Assembly: GCA_025201805.1 (NCBI GenBank)
Contig: MU619387.1
Span: forward strand, 9,892 to 73,891
DNA length: 64,000 nucleotides
Source: Parasitella parasitica NRRL 2501
Lineage: Eukaryota; Fungi; Mucoromycota
Direction: 5' to 3'
The notes below the pieces were generated by a model. The model was not told where the DNA came from. It ran no database searches and saw nothing but the letters and a program-made list of their open reading frames with translations. Shown here piece by piece: positions 1-12,848 of this stretch (the stretch's first letter is position 1; each line of letters opens with the position of its first letter). Position numbers and translations under genes: made by a program.

Positions 1-3000
1 AACACCCTGATCACGCAAAATGGCGACCTTGGGACGATTAGTCTCATTAGCGACGAATTCCTCTGCAGGGTCGAATGTCAATTGATATTGAAGACCTGGA
101 TCAGCAGCATCCAAAACGCTATCATATTCTTGCTGAGCACAGACAGCGTTATCGCGAGAGGATTGCATCAAGTAAGATGTCTTGGACCAAGCACGGAAAA
201 GATCGATACGAGAAGCGCTGTACAAAGTCTCTGTACCCAAACTGAAGCTGATAGTATCTTTGGTATCATGCTCAATGACAGAACCCAGTTTGCGCAAAGC
301 AGAGGTGGGAACACCGGCTTGGCTCATCAAATTGGCAAATTCATCAAATCGAGCAGTTTCAATTTGCACTACAGCACCCAACTCTTCATTATACAATGCA
401 GAGACTGCGTCCTTGTCACAGATTTGGTCGAGCTGAATTTGAGCACCAACGTGACCAGCAAAGCACATTTCAGTAATGGTAGCAAACAAACCGCCATCAG
501 AACGATCATGGTAGGCCAAAACCAAAGGCTCGCCAGCAACCTCCTTGGCACGTTGCATTCCATTAAAGAAGCTCTTGAGTAAGAGAGCATCTTCGACATC
601 AGGGGCTTCATGGCCAATTTCCTTGAATACTTGTGCCAAGGCAGAGCCGCCCATACGTTGCATACCGTTAGCCAAATCAATCAAAACTAATTCAGTGTTG
701 GGCTTGTTGACGAGTTGAGGGGTCAAGGTGGTGTGGTTGTTGACAACAGTGCCAAAAGCAGTGATGATCAAAGACAACGGAGCGGTGACTTCATGGGCCT
801 TATCATCTTGCCACTTCATTTTCATAGACATGGAGTCCTTGCCAACGGGGATGGCAATGCCAAGCTTGGGACAGAGATCAAGACCAATGGCTTGGACAGC
901 GTCGTACAAACCAGCACCTTCGCCAGCATGGTCAGCAGCGCACATCCAGTTGGCGGACATAATCACATCCTCAATATTACCGACATGAGCAGCCGCTAGA
1001 TTAGTCAATGACTCACCAACAGCCATGCGAGCAGATGCAGCTTGAGATATCAGAGCAATTGGAGTGCGCTCACCCATGGCCATAGCCTCACCGGTGATGA
1101 TATCCATACCTAAAGAGGAGGTGGTAACAGCTACATCGGCAACAGGCACTTGCCATGGACCAACAAATTGGTCGCGGGCAACCATAGCAGTAATGGAACG
1201 ATCGCCAATAGTGACCAAGAAAGATTTGGAAGCAACAGCAGGCAAATGCAGGACACGAGAGGCAGCTTCAGCGAGAACATCATGTTGGCCAGGTAAGTAG
1301 GTTTGGAGAGTAGTATCAAAGGGTCTGCGGAAGGGAGACTGTGTAATGGTTTTGCGGGACATCTTGGGGGGTTTACCGAACAAGACGGGCATGGGTAAAT
1401 CAATAGGCACATTATTCAAGAGGGTATCACGAACAACAAGACGCTTTTCACTAGTAGCAGTGCCCACCACGGCATAGGGACAACGTTCACGAGCACAGAA
1501 GGCTTCAAATTGAGCCAATTTGTTAGGAGAGATAGCCAAGACATAACGCTCTTGAGATTCATTGCACCAGATAGCCATGGGTGACATGGAGGCGTCATCG
1601 CAGGGGACACGACGTAAATCGATATCTGCACCGAGATCGCTATCATGTACAATTTCAGGCAAGGCATTGGAAAGACCACCAGCGCCAACATCGTGAATAG
1701 ACTGAATAGGAGTGTCTTCTCCAAGAGCAGTACAGCGATCGATAACTTCTTGAGCACGGCGTTCCATTTCAGGGTTTTCACGCTGAACAGAAGCGAAATC
1801 CAAATCAGCACTGGATTGACCGGAAGCCATGGAAGAGGCAGCACCGCCACCAAGGCCAATCAACATGCCAGGGCCGCCCAGCACAACAAGATGAGCACCG
1901 GGAGAAATAGGCTTTTTGAATACATGAGTAGGACGGACAGTTCCAACGCCACCAGCAATCATGATAGGCTTATGGTAGCCGCGCACTTCAGATGTTGTTT
2001 CAGTGACAGGCACAGTTTCGGCAAACGTACGGAAATAACCAGTCAAGGCAGGACGACCAAACTCATTGTTGAAAGCAGCACCACCCAAAGGTGCTTCCAT
2101 CATAATGTCGAATGCAGAGGCAACGTGTCCAGGCTTGCCAAAATCTGTTTCCCAAGGTTGGATGTTATCGGGGATCAATAGATTGGACACTGTGAAACCA
2201 ACAAGACCAGCCTTGGGCTTCGAACCTTGACCAACAGCACCTTCATCACGGATTTCACCACCTGAACCAGTGGAAGCACCAGGAAAGGGGGAAACCGCAG
2301 TAGGGTGGTTATGGGTTTCGACCTAGATATGTGTATTAGGCCTCATACAATCCCTCTCTCTCTCTCTCTCTCAACCTCAACCTCAACCTAACTTACCTTT
2401 GCAAGATAATGGACTTGTTCCTCAAAATGCTCATATCTGTTCCCTTCATTTGAATTAGGAGCAAAGCGAGTTGCATTAAAGCCCTTGAGTACAGCAGCGT
2501 TGTCAGAATAGGCAGATAAAGTAGCATTGGGGTGTAATTTGTGAGTGTTGCGAATCATCCCAAAAAGAGAATGAGGCTTCAGCTCGCCATCGATAGTCCA
2601 ATCAGCACCGAAAATCTTGTGGCGACAATGTTCAGAATTGACTTGAGCAAACATGAACAGCTCGACATCGGTAGGGTTACGCTGGAGGCCAATTTGACCG
2701 TCTTTACCGCCCACAAAGGCATCGATCAAGTAGTCGATTTCGTCGTTGGCAAGAGCTAAACCCAAAGTCTTGTTTGCAACCACTAGTTTGTTGCGAGCAT
2801 CTGCGTTATCGGCACTCTGCGAGAGCAAATCAACCACTGTTAGGGGCGCAGGAGTGCCGTGATGAAAGACAGATTCGGGTTCGGGTATAGTCAGCTTGAC
2901 GTTTTGTGTCATACGGTCGTGAATCAGATCTGCAATGGATGACAGCTCGATCTCAGAGAGCTGGGAGCCATCTTCCTTTGCAATGCGATAAGCGACACCG

Positions 3001-3386
3001 CGCTCAATGCGTTCTACTTGGTCATACAGATTGCAGAGATGGGCAATGTTGGTAGCCTTGGAGGACCAAGGAGAAATGGTACCAGCGCGAGGAACAACGA
3101 GCACAATGGAGGCGTCGCCAGGTTGCTGATTGCTTGACAAAAAGGCAACGATGGACGCCTCATCTTGAGCATCGATAGGGTAATAGCCATATGTCAGCAA
3201 GTTTCGCAAAATCTGTCCTGATTCCAAAACGGCGGCCAAACTATCTTGTTGACCTTCTCTGGGCTGAACAAAATGGACATGCAGGGCCGAGATGGAGACA
3301 GCCAAAGGCACAGTTTTTTGGACAGCTTTCAAAACACTTGCACTCTTGAATGTAGAAAGAGCGGAAGTGCCAGAAAGAACCAACAT
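1..3386 (-). CDS. ADE6: Phosphoribosylformylglycinamidine (FGAM) synthase, 5' part; runs off the window start. Exon 1 3386-2397, intron 2396-2323, exon 2 2322 to <1
   Basis: Motifs [49 protein letters not shown]; splicing gives AK|[31 protein letters not shown], the PurL signature; GTAAGT...TAG intron. Confidence 0.97.
2354..2390. repeat. (CT)n microsatellite followed by short (CTCAAC)n repeats inside the ADE6 intron
   Basis: Directly visible. Confidence 0.85.
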
Positions 3387-3526
3387 GATGATTGTTTTAT
3401 TTAGTTTTTTTTTAGTAGAGTAAAGAGATAAACTAAAAGTTGAAGAAAGATGTAGCTCATCTACTTTTTTTTTTTTTTTTTCTATGCATGTTTGAATCGA
3501 TGTCAGGTCAAAAATACAAGTCCCAA

Positions 3527-3533
3527 TGAGTCA
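3527..3533. promoter_or_regulatory. TGAGTCA (Gcn4/CpcA/AP-1 site; contains Bas1-type TGACTC) in the ADE6-Dicer divergent promoter
   Basis: Exact motif about 140 nt upstream of the ADE6 ATG; such sites regulate ADE genes in yeast; function here untested. Confidence 0.45.
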
Positions 3534-3836
3534 AACAGATGGTTTTGATGTGGGGGAGGTACAAGACGTCTATGCCCTTTTTATTGGAGGAGCCAAGCGC
3601 CATAATTAGGATTGGGAAAGATATGGGGGGCGTAATAGAAAATGTCGCCAACTTATTCATAGAAGAGGGTGTAAGGGTAGGGGGGCGCCGTACGTCAAAC
3701 AGCATTCAAGCAAGCTGATAAATGTACTAATAATGACATCGTTTGGGTTATCGTGTTTGGTATAAATGCATCAGCCCCACCCGGCCTTTCTCTCTGTCCC
3801 TTTTCTCCTCTTTTCTTTTATTCTGTCTCCTTCCCA

Positions 3837-6800
3837 ATGACTTGTACCTACCTTGATCCCGAGTTTGAAGGGCTAAGACCCGAGCAAGTTGAGCTTATTG
3901 ACCTAGAGAACAAACCTCCATTGCACCAAGTTGCTGAGGTAGTCCTGTCGCCCCGAGAATACCAATATGAAATCTTCAAGAAAGCTGCATACGGAAATAC
4001 AATTGCCGTCTTGGATACAGGCGCGGGGAAGACTCTGATTGCAGTAATGCTGATCAAGTACATGCTGGCCATCGAAAATGAAAAATCAAAGTCAAACAAA
4101 GACTACAAGGTAGGATTGCCATTTCTCTGCATCAGACATCATCACTGACAACATTGCTACTTGACAAATACGTAGAAAAAGATCACCTTTTTCTTGGTTG
4201 ACCGAGTACATTTAGTATTCCAGCAGGCTAATGTCATTCGAGCCAACTGCGATGCGCGAATAAAAGAACTGTGTGGAGACATGAATGTGGACTCTTGGAA
4301 AGAAGCTACATGGATTGATATATGGGACAATAATGATATTTGCGTCTTGACTGCGCAGATCTTTCTGGATAACCTTCGAAGCGGTTTTTTAACACTGGAT
4401 CGAGTACGGATTACGTAGAGCTACTTGATGATATATGCATATATATCTGGAGGCTAACAACATATCATCTTTAGGTAAATTTATTGATCTTCGATGAATG
4501 TCACCACGCAAGCAAAGGTCATCCCTTCAATTTGATTATGGTCGAGTTTTACCATCGTATTTATAATGACTCGAGGAACCAAGCGCTTGAAAAACCAAAA
4601 GTATTCGGCATGACAGCATCTCCCATCCATAAATCAACCAAAAAGGTGGTAGAGAGCATCAGGTATGTGTTTAAGCATTCGAATAACACTCTACCACTGA
4701 TACCCTACACATACATACATACGGTATAGCATATTAGAAACTAGTTTGGAAAGCCTTGTGTACACAGCTAGAAGCTCAGAAGAACTGAAAGAAGCGGTAA
4801 AGAAGCCCTTTGAAATAGAGTTGTTTTACTCTATGCCAGTGATTGATGATATCCCTCCCATGGAATACTCAACAACCATAAACTGCAAAAGAGTAGAGCG
4901 CTATCCTAAATCAATATTGACAACACTTATCTCTGGTAAGATCGAGCCTGTCCCAGGTGCTATGCAATGCTTGAATGCGGTAACATACATTTCCAATAAC
5001 CTGGGGCCTTGGTGCGCCGACAGATTATGGAAATCTATTCTTCAAAAGGCAGCTGTAAATGGCCTCTTTACGCCAACTTTATACGACCCAGAACGAAAGC
5101 TGACTACATACCACAAAGGGCTGTTGAAGGAAGCGTACGACATGAGCTCCTTTGCTACTCCTACAGATCCCAATATTAGGAACGAACGTTTGTTTACACC
5201 GAAAGCAAAGACTCTGATCGATTGTTTGCAAGAGATATTGGCTAATGATGCAAACAAAAAAGATTTCTGCGGCATTGTCTTTGTTGAAAGGCGGCACACT
5301 GCAGTTGCTATCAAGACCTTGGTTGAATCGCTGAGTATTTTTCGAAACGATATCAGATGTGATGTCTTGATTGGACATGGCACGAAAGGTGGCGGGGATT
5401 TGCAAATGAAATATACCAAGCAAAATGAAGTTATTGCAAGGTTTCGATCTGGAGAGCTCAACTTGATGGTTGCCACCAACGTTGCTGAGGAAGGCCTGGA
5501 CATTCAAGCCTGTAACTATGTGATCAGGTATGTAGACAATGTGCTGTTGCCAGCTACTGCTCAGTTTTTCAAAGAGAGGCTGTACGTTATATCAGAACAA
5601 ACGGCATATGAAAATGAGTCTCTGCATTTTCTATTGTGCGTACGAAGATAGAATGTTGAACAGACGCTGCGCCACTGTGCGCATTTCTGCAGTCTCTTTC
5701 AAAATCATTGATTGATAGAGCCTGAAGCAGGATGCTTTTAAATAGAACTTTACGTACTAATGATTACACTCGAAAAAGATTCGATCCGTTCAAAACTGTC
5801 ATCGCCTATATTCAATCTCGCGGAAGAGCGCGACGCAAAGACTCTAGATACATCCTCATGTTGAACGATCAAAACTCCAAGGATGTCAATCTGCTGCAAA
5901 ACGTTGTTGCAACCGAGTATAAAATGAAAGAATACTGCCGTTTACTCCCGAAAGACAGGAATTTAGCGCTTCTGTATGACCAGAGCCCACATCCGGGTGC
6001 GTATGAGCCAGAATATATAAAGCAGAGCTTGTCCAACATTTACCTGGACGGTGCCTTCTGTATCGAATCTACGGGCGCCCTTTTAACAAAGTCAAATGCC
6101 ATTGCCTTAGTTTATCATTACTGCGCTACGCTTCCCGCAGATAACTTTTGCAATTCAAAGCCTGTGTACAAGTTTGACGACATAACTAATGAAGACCTAT
6201 CGTCTGAAGAGAGGAAAGCCTTGGATTTGCATATTATGGCTGCACGCAGCGGTAAAATACACCGCTGCACACTGACACTGCCAATTAACGCACGTATTCA
6301 ACAATTTGTATCTTACGATTGCACCAAGGATGATGCCAAAGCAAGAGTCTCTCTGCAAGCATGTATTGCGCTTTATAAAGCCGGCGATATCGACGATCAT
6401 TTGGTTCCCAGATCCAAGACACAGCGTAAGGTACTGATGGAGCTTGTAGAGTCTGATGAAAACGGTAAGCAAATCGGTAGTCGTGGACGTGAGAACTTTT
6501 ACAAAAAGAGGCAACCTTCATTTTGGAAAGGAGGCAGTAATGGTGATGATACCACTGCCGTTCATTTGGGGCCTTACTGGCCCTCTTTGTTTGCCTTTGA
6601 GGAACCACACGGACGTCAGCCCAACGTTCCTGCGTTCAGGCCAATGTGCTTGATTACAAAGAAACCTCTTCCACCGATACCTGAGATCACGCTTTTCAAT
6701 GACAACACACCATTCAAAGTGCACGTCAAAAGCCAATATCAAGCATTTTCGTTCAGCAAACAGCAGCAGATTGACGATTTGAAAGACTATTCGTTTGCTT

Positions 6801-8947
6801 TCTTGAAATGTCTTACAAACAAGGACTTTAAATGCTCCGGAAACGACATTGAATATTTCATTGCACCGCTCCTAGCCGACCATGATTACCTCCCTACTGC
6901 AGATTCTTCGTCCAAGATCGACTGGGCAGAGATATCGAAAACTGTCGCAAACGCCAACTTGGCAGTCGATGTACTTGGGGGTATTGCGGATGCTATTGTG
7001 GTTGAAGTAAACGATCAAAAAAGAAGACTCTACTTTGTACGGCAAGTGCAGCATGACATGACACCAATGTCTCGCGTTCCTGCCTGTATCTCAACTCACA
7101 AAGATGGCAAAACCAAAACGCTTCGCGAGAGAGAGTATGAGACATTTGCGGAATACTACGAGAACCAAGAACTCCTAGTCAAGAAAGTAACAGACATGGG
7201 CCAGGCTTTGCTCAGAGTCGACCGATTACAAAAGAACCAATCTTTTTTGTACATAAACGCCAGCAAAGCGACAAAAAAGAAGGATCAAGAACCTGAGTTC
7301 GCTGCTGCTTGGCTTGTTCCTGAGATCTGCCAACTATTCCCCATCAGCGCAAGTGTCTACCAAACCTTGCAGATTATTCCAGATGTAATGACACGTATCG
7401 ACGCTGCTTTGCTTCTGCAGGACGCAAAAAAGTCGCTGGGACTATCAGACAGAATACAAGACGTTCTTTTGCTGGAGGCCTTTACAACATCATCCGCGGC
7501 TTTGGATAAAAATTACCAGCGCCTGGAATTCTTGGGAGGTATGTATATGTTACTGTTTGGCACACGGTAGCAGATTTTTTAATATGCGTGAAACGTGCTT
7601 CTTCTCATTTTTGGCTTACAGATTCAGCCCTGAAGTTCATAAGTTCTACCTATGTCTTTGTCTCGCTGCCTCTTGGCAACGAGTACGAACTCAGTGAATC
7701 TCGAATGCATATGATTAGCAACAATGCGCTTTTCAAGTCGGCAGAAAACCTTCACTTGGCAGGATACATTTGCAGCCAAAATCTGCCTCGTCGTCTCTGG
7801 AGACCTCCAAACTACACGTGGAAAGACGACAGTGCTGAAATGATAGAGGCGTTGACTACCCATAAGCTGTCAGACAAGACCCTGGCCGATGTGATCGAAT
7901 CAACGCTGGGGGCTTCCTATTTATCGTCCTCGCAATTGCATGACGCGTTACATACAGCAAAGCAACTTTTGGTGCCGTTGCAAAAGATCGAACAGTGGTC
8001 GGATTTCTACAAAGTTTATCAAGATGAGCGCAGATTACACAAGATTAAAGCTGCTGTGTACGACTCCTCACTAGACCAACCTATTGACGTGCATAAAGTG
8101 AGCCATATTCTTGGTTATCAGTTCCACAACGAATCGCTGGTTGCCGAAGCCTTGACACACGCTTCTTTGCCGTTTTCCAGCGTCCCCTGTTATCAACGTC
8201 TCGAGTTCCTAGGCGATGCTGTTCTGGATTTCTGTGTAACCAATTATCTGTTTAAAAAGTACCAAAAAGAACCACCAGGGATACTCCACAGCCTTCGCAA
8301 GTCCTGTGTCAATAATGACATTTTGAGTGTGCTCTGTGTCCAGCTCGAGCTCAATGTGCACATCCGACACTTCTCATCAACCTTCCCGTCAGCCGTGGAG
8401 CAATTTCAGCAGCTGGTGCTCGAGAGTCGACACAAGCAAGGAGAGTATTGGCTCAATTTTAACCCGCCAAAAATCCTGTCTGATGTTGTGGAAAGCCTGA
8501 TAGGCGCTGTATTTGTAGATTCAGAATTCAATCTCGCTCCAGTTGAAAAGCTGTTTGACAAATTACTAAGGCCGCTGTTAGATGAGCACATCTCCATCAG
8601 TACAATCCAAGAGCATCCATCAAGTAAACTCAAATGCATGGTGCAAGAATTTGGATGCAAACAGTGTGAAACAAGGTAAGGATATTACGTGTTGTTTTAA
8701 CATTTTGCATCCTAAACTAACCTCCTTTTTTTTTTTTTTTTTTTTTTTTTTCTCTCTCTGTAAACGCGTGTTTTCGAATAGAAATGTCTATACTAAAGAA
8801 CAGCATTGCGTCGTGTTTATCCACGGGGAAGCATATGCTAGTGGGTCAGGCGTCAATACAAAAGAGGCCAAGAAAAAAGCTGCTACAAATGCCTGTCAGC
8901 GAATTGAGGACCTGCCTGACGAGTTCATGGCAAGGTGCACTTGTTGA
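3837..8947 (+). CDS. dcl: Dicer-like RNase III/helicase, about 1488 aa. Exons 3837-4109, 4176-4403, 4475-4662, 4730-5527, 5779-7538, 7622-8675, 8782-8947
   Basis: PREYQ and LDTGAGKT (Walker A), IFDECHHA, GMTASP, ATNVAEEGLDI, YIQSRGRAR; DUF283-like AIALVYHYCATLP; two RNase III signatures (YQRLEFLG|DSALK, YQRLEFLGDAVLDF); C-terminal dsRBD; exon phases consistent. Paralogue identity (dcl1 vs dcl2) not determinable by eye. Confidence 0.96.
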
Positions 8948-9281
8948 ATTATGTAAAAAGCCGTAATTTTTTTACTCTGTAATACAAAAGTTTAGTCTTT
9001 TTTTTTTTTGTAGTGCAATTTGGTAGAAAAAGGAAAAATACGGTTTTTTTTTTTTGGATTTTATCATTGTTTGCATGTGTGCGTGTATTTTGTGTGTTTT
9101 TGTACGCAAATCCGTGGTAATAAGGGCAGACTCTTTCGTATTATTGTGTGTATTGTTCATGGCATATACTATTTATTTATTTTTTTGTTTTTGTTTACAT
9201 TTACATTTTATGTATATATAATTTTTACGATGTAACAATGACGAAAGCAAAGAAAATCGTCCAAATAGATAAGCACACAAG

Positions 9282-10523
9282 TTAATGAAACTGTTGTTGT
9301 TGCTGTTGCTGCATCATAGTATAGTGTGAATATCTGGTTGAATATAAAGACGATGATACCATTGCAGCAGAAGAAGCAGCAGCTTCAAATGACTGCTGCT
9401 GTAGTGGGGTAAACGATGGGGATATAGATGATGGTCGCTTAGAAAGAGGGCCATGTAGACTGAACCCTTGCTGTTGATGCGGTTGTGGGTGATTCATCAT
9501 CAAACTGCTGTTTCCATAGTCTTCTCCAACATAAAAATTGGATGGTGGGTGTTGCTGCAATAGATCGTCTTGTTCGTTTGTAATCACGTCTTTTTCTATA
9601 TGTTGCTGCTGCTGCTGCTGCTGCTTTTGTTGCTTCTGTGGTGCGCTGCTTGAGCTTTTGCGAGATTTAGGTGGCTGCATCATCTTCCTATTCTTTTTCA
9701 ATTGCCTTCTCAGTTCTTTGAATTCAATGGGCATCCGTTTAGGGCCCTATTTGGGCTTTTTATCAATACACATCATCCCAATAAACAATAAAAAACTTAC
9801 ATGGCCTTGCATAGTGACATGAGCATTCAAGTGATTCAATGTACCGTACGCTTTGGTACAGTTTAAATAAGTACAGGAATATAACCTTTCTACTTCGTTG
9901 AACTTCTTTCTGTGCCTTTTTTGTTGAGAAATAACATCCAGGGGAACAAACGAATAGACCTTTTGTTGATCTTCTACTATATGTGATGGTTGTGTGATTT
10001 TTGCGCTTGATCTTACAGCTGTTGATGGATCAGGGTGTGTATGAACATCTTGATCAGTATTGGAATAAAATGTAGATGAGTCGATGGATGGTGGAGGAGG
10101 CGGTTGCTGATACATATCTGCAACGGATCTTTGATAAAATATGAGTGAGTTGCTATCCATGTTACTCGCAGTCTTTGTTTGAATCATTGGTTGCTGCTGC
10201 TGAGGCAAAGTAGCCTGATAAACTTGTGTAGGTATAGGCGAAGAGTTTATGCTTATATAGGATACTTTACTACCAGTAGCTTCTACATGCCGCTTCATTT
10301 GAGTATTGTCGCCTGTTCTCACTAGACCTGCGGGCATCTGGTTTCTATTATTGTGTTTATTATTATGCATTAAGTGTGACAATGATGGTAATGGTGATTC
10401 TTCATCAGGATTAAAATGTCCTGATGGATTTTGATATAAAAACTGCTGTTGAAGTTGATGATGTTTTTGGTTTCTTTTCTGTTGATGGAAATCGGCCGAT
10501 GGATTTGGCAATGTTGGGTCCAT
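9282..10523 (-). CDS. C2H2 zinc-finger transcription factor with polyQ tail. Exons 10523-9801, 9746-9282
   Basis: YSFVPL...KRHRKKFNEVERLYSCTYLNCTKAYGTLNHLNAHVTMQGH|GPKRMPIEFKELR; GTAAGT...TAG intron 9800-9747. Confidence 0.9.
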
Positions 10524-11586
10524 CCTTCTAACTTTTTTCAATAAAAAAAAAAGAGGGGAGGAAAGAAAGAAGAAGAAAAACTTTCTACATTTCCTTTTTG
10601 TATTGGTGTTTCGTATTGCTATATACATGTATACAAATTATTGAGAGTTAACCATTTTTGAATAATTTTATTCGGGGTTGTCTTTTTTTTTTAAAAAAAA
10701 AGATGTGTTGTTGTTCTTGGAAGTTAATCAGCATTGTTTGAAAAGGTGGGTTGCGTGTGTTGGTTTGTGTGTTGTTTCTTTCTTATTTTACATTGGATGA
10801 TTGCAATTACTTGCCGTATAAAGCAAAATGCGATGTTTTTGGGTCAGTTCGTAATAACTGATCTACGGTATAATAGGCATAGTTTATATTTTTTAGTATT
10901 TTATAGTTTGTAGTTTAACGAAAAGGGGTAAAAGCCAATAATTTATGATTGAGCAAAACAAAAAAAAATCATGCCAAATCAATTAAGATTACCATATGAT
11001 CAATAAAAAACATGCCCTGTGTTGATATGTTTGCTTTTAATGATGTAAATGTATATATAGTACAAACTTGTGTAGTGTAAAAGCCGTTTTCCGAACGTTC
11101 ATGTACCATGTTCCAGCTATTGAATAGTAATAGTGTTAAAATACTTAAATGCGGGATAAATCGTATATCCGAGGTTGACAGGCGGAGTGAGGGTTTATAC
11201 TTTTCCTCAGCAGAGATTGCACTTCAGGAACTCGAATTATTGAGAGTGATCGACAGGACCGTAAGTAAAACGATGAAAGCCTTCTTTTATATCAAGCCAA
11301 TCATCAGCACGAAATGGAAATGTGTGAAAAATACTTTTTTTTTTTTTCAATTTTATGGAATTCGATAGAACAAATATTAACAATAAAAAAAACAAAAAAA
11401 CAAAAACAGATCAACATAGCCTTGTAATATTTTTTTAATGTTAAATTGCGAGGTTGATAAAGGTTTATTATTGTTAAAATGACAAGAAAGGGTTTGTGAG
11501 GTATTTTCTACTTTTTTTTGGGGGTGTTATGGGTTGATTGATTAAAGTGAAATGAATGAAACTATGAATTTTTTTCTTGATTATTG

Positions 11587-12364
11587 CTAATAAATCGAAG
11601 TTTTAGTTGAAGATGTCGTTAATGTTGGCATTGATTTTTCAGCTGTAGTTATTGGCGAAATGATAATTTCTGATTCAGGGTTCATGGTGGCCATATAATC
11701 TCGAGGGGTATTATGGATATCTTCCTCAATAGGTGTATCATCATCATTATCTTGTTGGCAAATGATCACGGGGGAATTTAATTTGGTATCAAGCAACAAT
11801 TCACGATACTCTTCTTCAGCAGGCGATAACATGGGCGTTGATGGTCGATATATCGTTGAACTACTACTGTCATTGCTATTGTTTGCGAGACTCTGAGCCA
11901 GCAGAGCTTCATTCACATTAAGCAACGATTGCAGGTATTCTGGTGATGGCCCTGCTGTATGCGATAAAATATTTGAGAATATAGGCTGATGAGTCGATAA
12001 GGATAATATTTCATTCGATGTACTTTTAATGTTTGCAGCAATCGTTTCCATGGCAACCGTCCCTGATTCCGCAGACTCATCCAGTTTATCCGATGTGATA
12101 GTGTGCAGGGCTGTCGTTGTCGCCGTTGGTATTGGTGAAACAGGATCTTGGATATTTGCCTCTGGGAGATCCAACTGACCCAACCAACCGATACCAGCGC
12201 CACTATACTTTTATTGAGTTGCACATTCAGTTAAGTATGTCCAATTCAAATGCTTACCTTTCTTCCCACTCTTGTCCCATCATTTGCATGACAATTTCCA
12301 GCTTTTCACGCTGTCGTTCTAGTTCTTCTAGATTCTTATCATAATCAATTAAAGTTTTATCCAT
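11587..12364 (-). CDS. Hypothetical protein with N-terminal coiled coil. Exons 12364-12258, 12202-11587
   Basis: MDKTLIDYDKNLEELERQREKLEIVMQMMGQEWEES|GAGIGWLG joins in frame to the 198-aa ORF through a canonical intron. Confidence 0.75.
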
Positions 12365-12848
12365 TTGCTTTTCCTTGGATCAAAAAAAAAAAAGGAAAGA
12401 AAAGGAAAGAAGGGGGATGGGGGTGTAAGATGAAGATTGCAAGAAATATATACCAATTTTACTGAGTTTATAAAAAAAAGTTTTCCTGGCACCACAGGCA
12501 ATCAACCAAAAATCAATAATATACTCCAAGGCTCCTATTATTTATTACATTGAGATCGAGAAAAAGGAAGCGAAAACTCCCTCTTTTCCCTCACTGCATG
12601 CATAAGTTGCTATTATTGGTTCTTGTTTGTTGTATTGATATGCTGTATAATACCATTTTTTTTTACATCAAGTGTTGGGCATTTATTGCCTTTTTTGATT
12701 GAAAGCCTTCTTTTAAGTGGATTGGTGTTCAATGTATCACCTTGTGCGGTACACACAGCAACAAATTATAATATGATTAGGGGCGGAATACATTATGTTT
12801 TCGGGTGCCGGAAAACACATTTATAGGAAAAATATAGAAGAAAATTAT

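Noticed and set aside
82-2759. Several + strand ORFs (up to 178 aa) over ADE6
   Set aside because: Antisense shadows of a codon-biased gene; no motifs
7510-8230. QRLEFLGD rather than ERLEFLGD in both RNase III domains as a sign of inactivity
   Set aside because: Catalytic acidic residues (EFLGD and D-x-x-E) are intact; Q at this position is common in Dicers
10630-11580. 86-aa ORF 11108-11368 and AT-rich spacer
   Set aside because: No motifs or coding-like composition; treated as promoter/UTR
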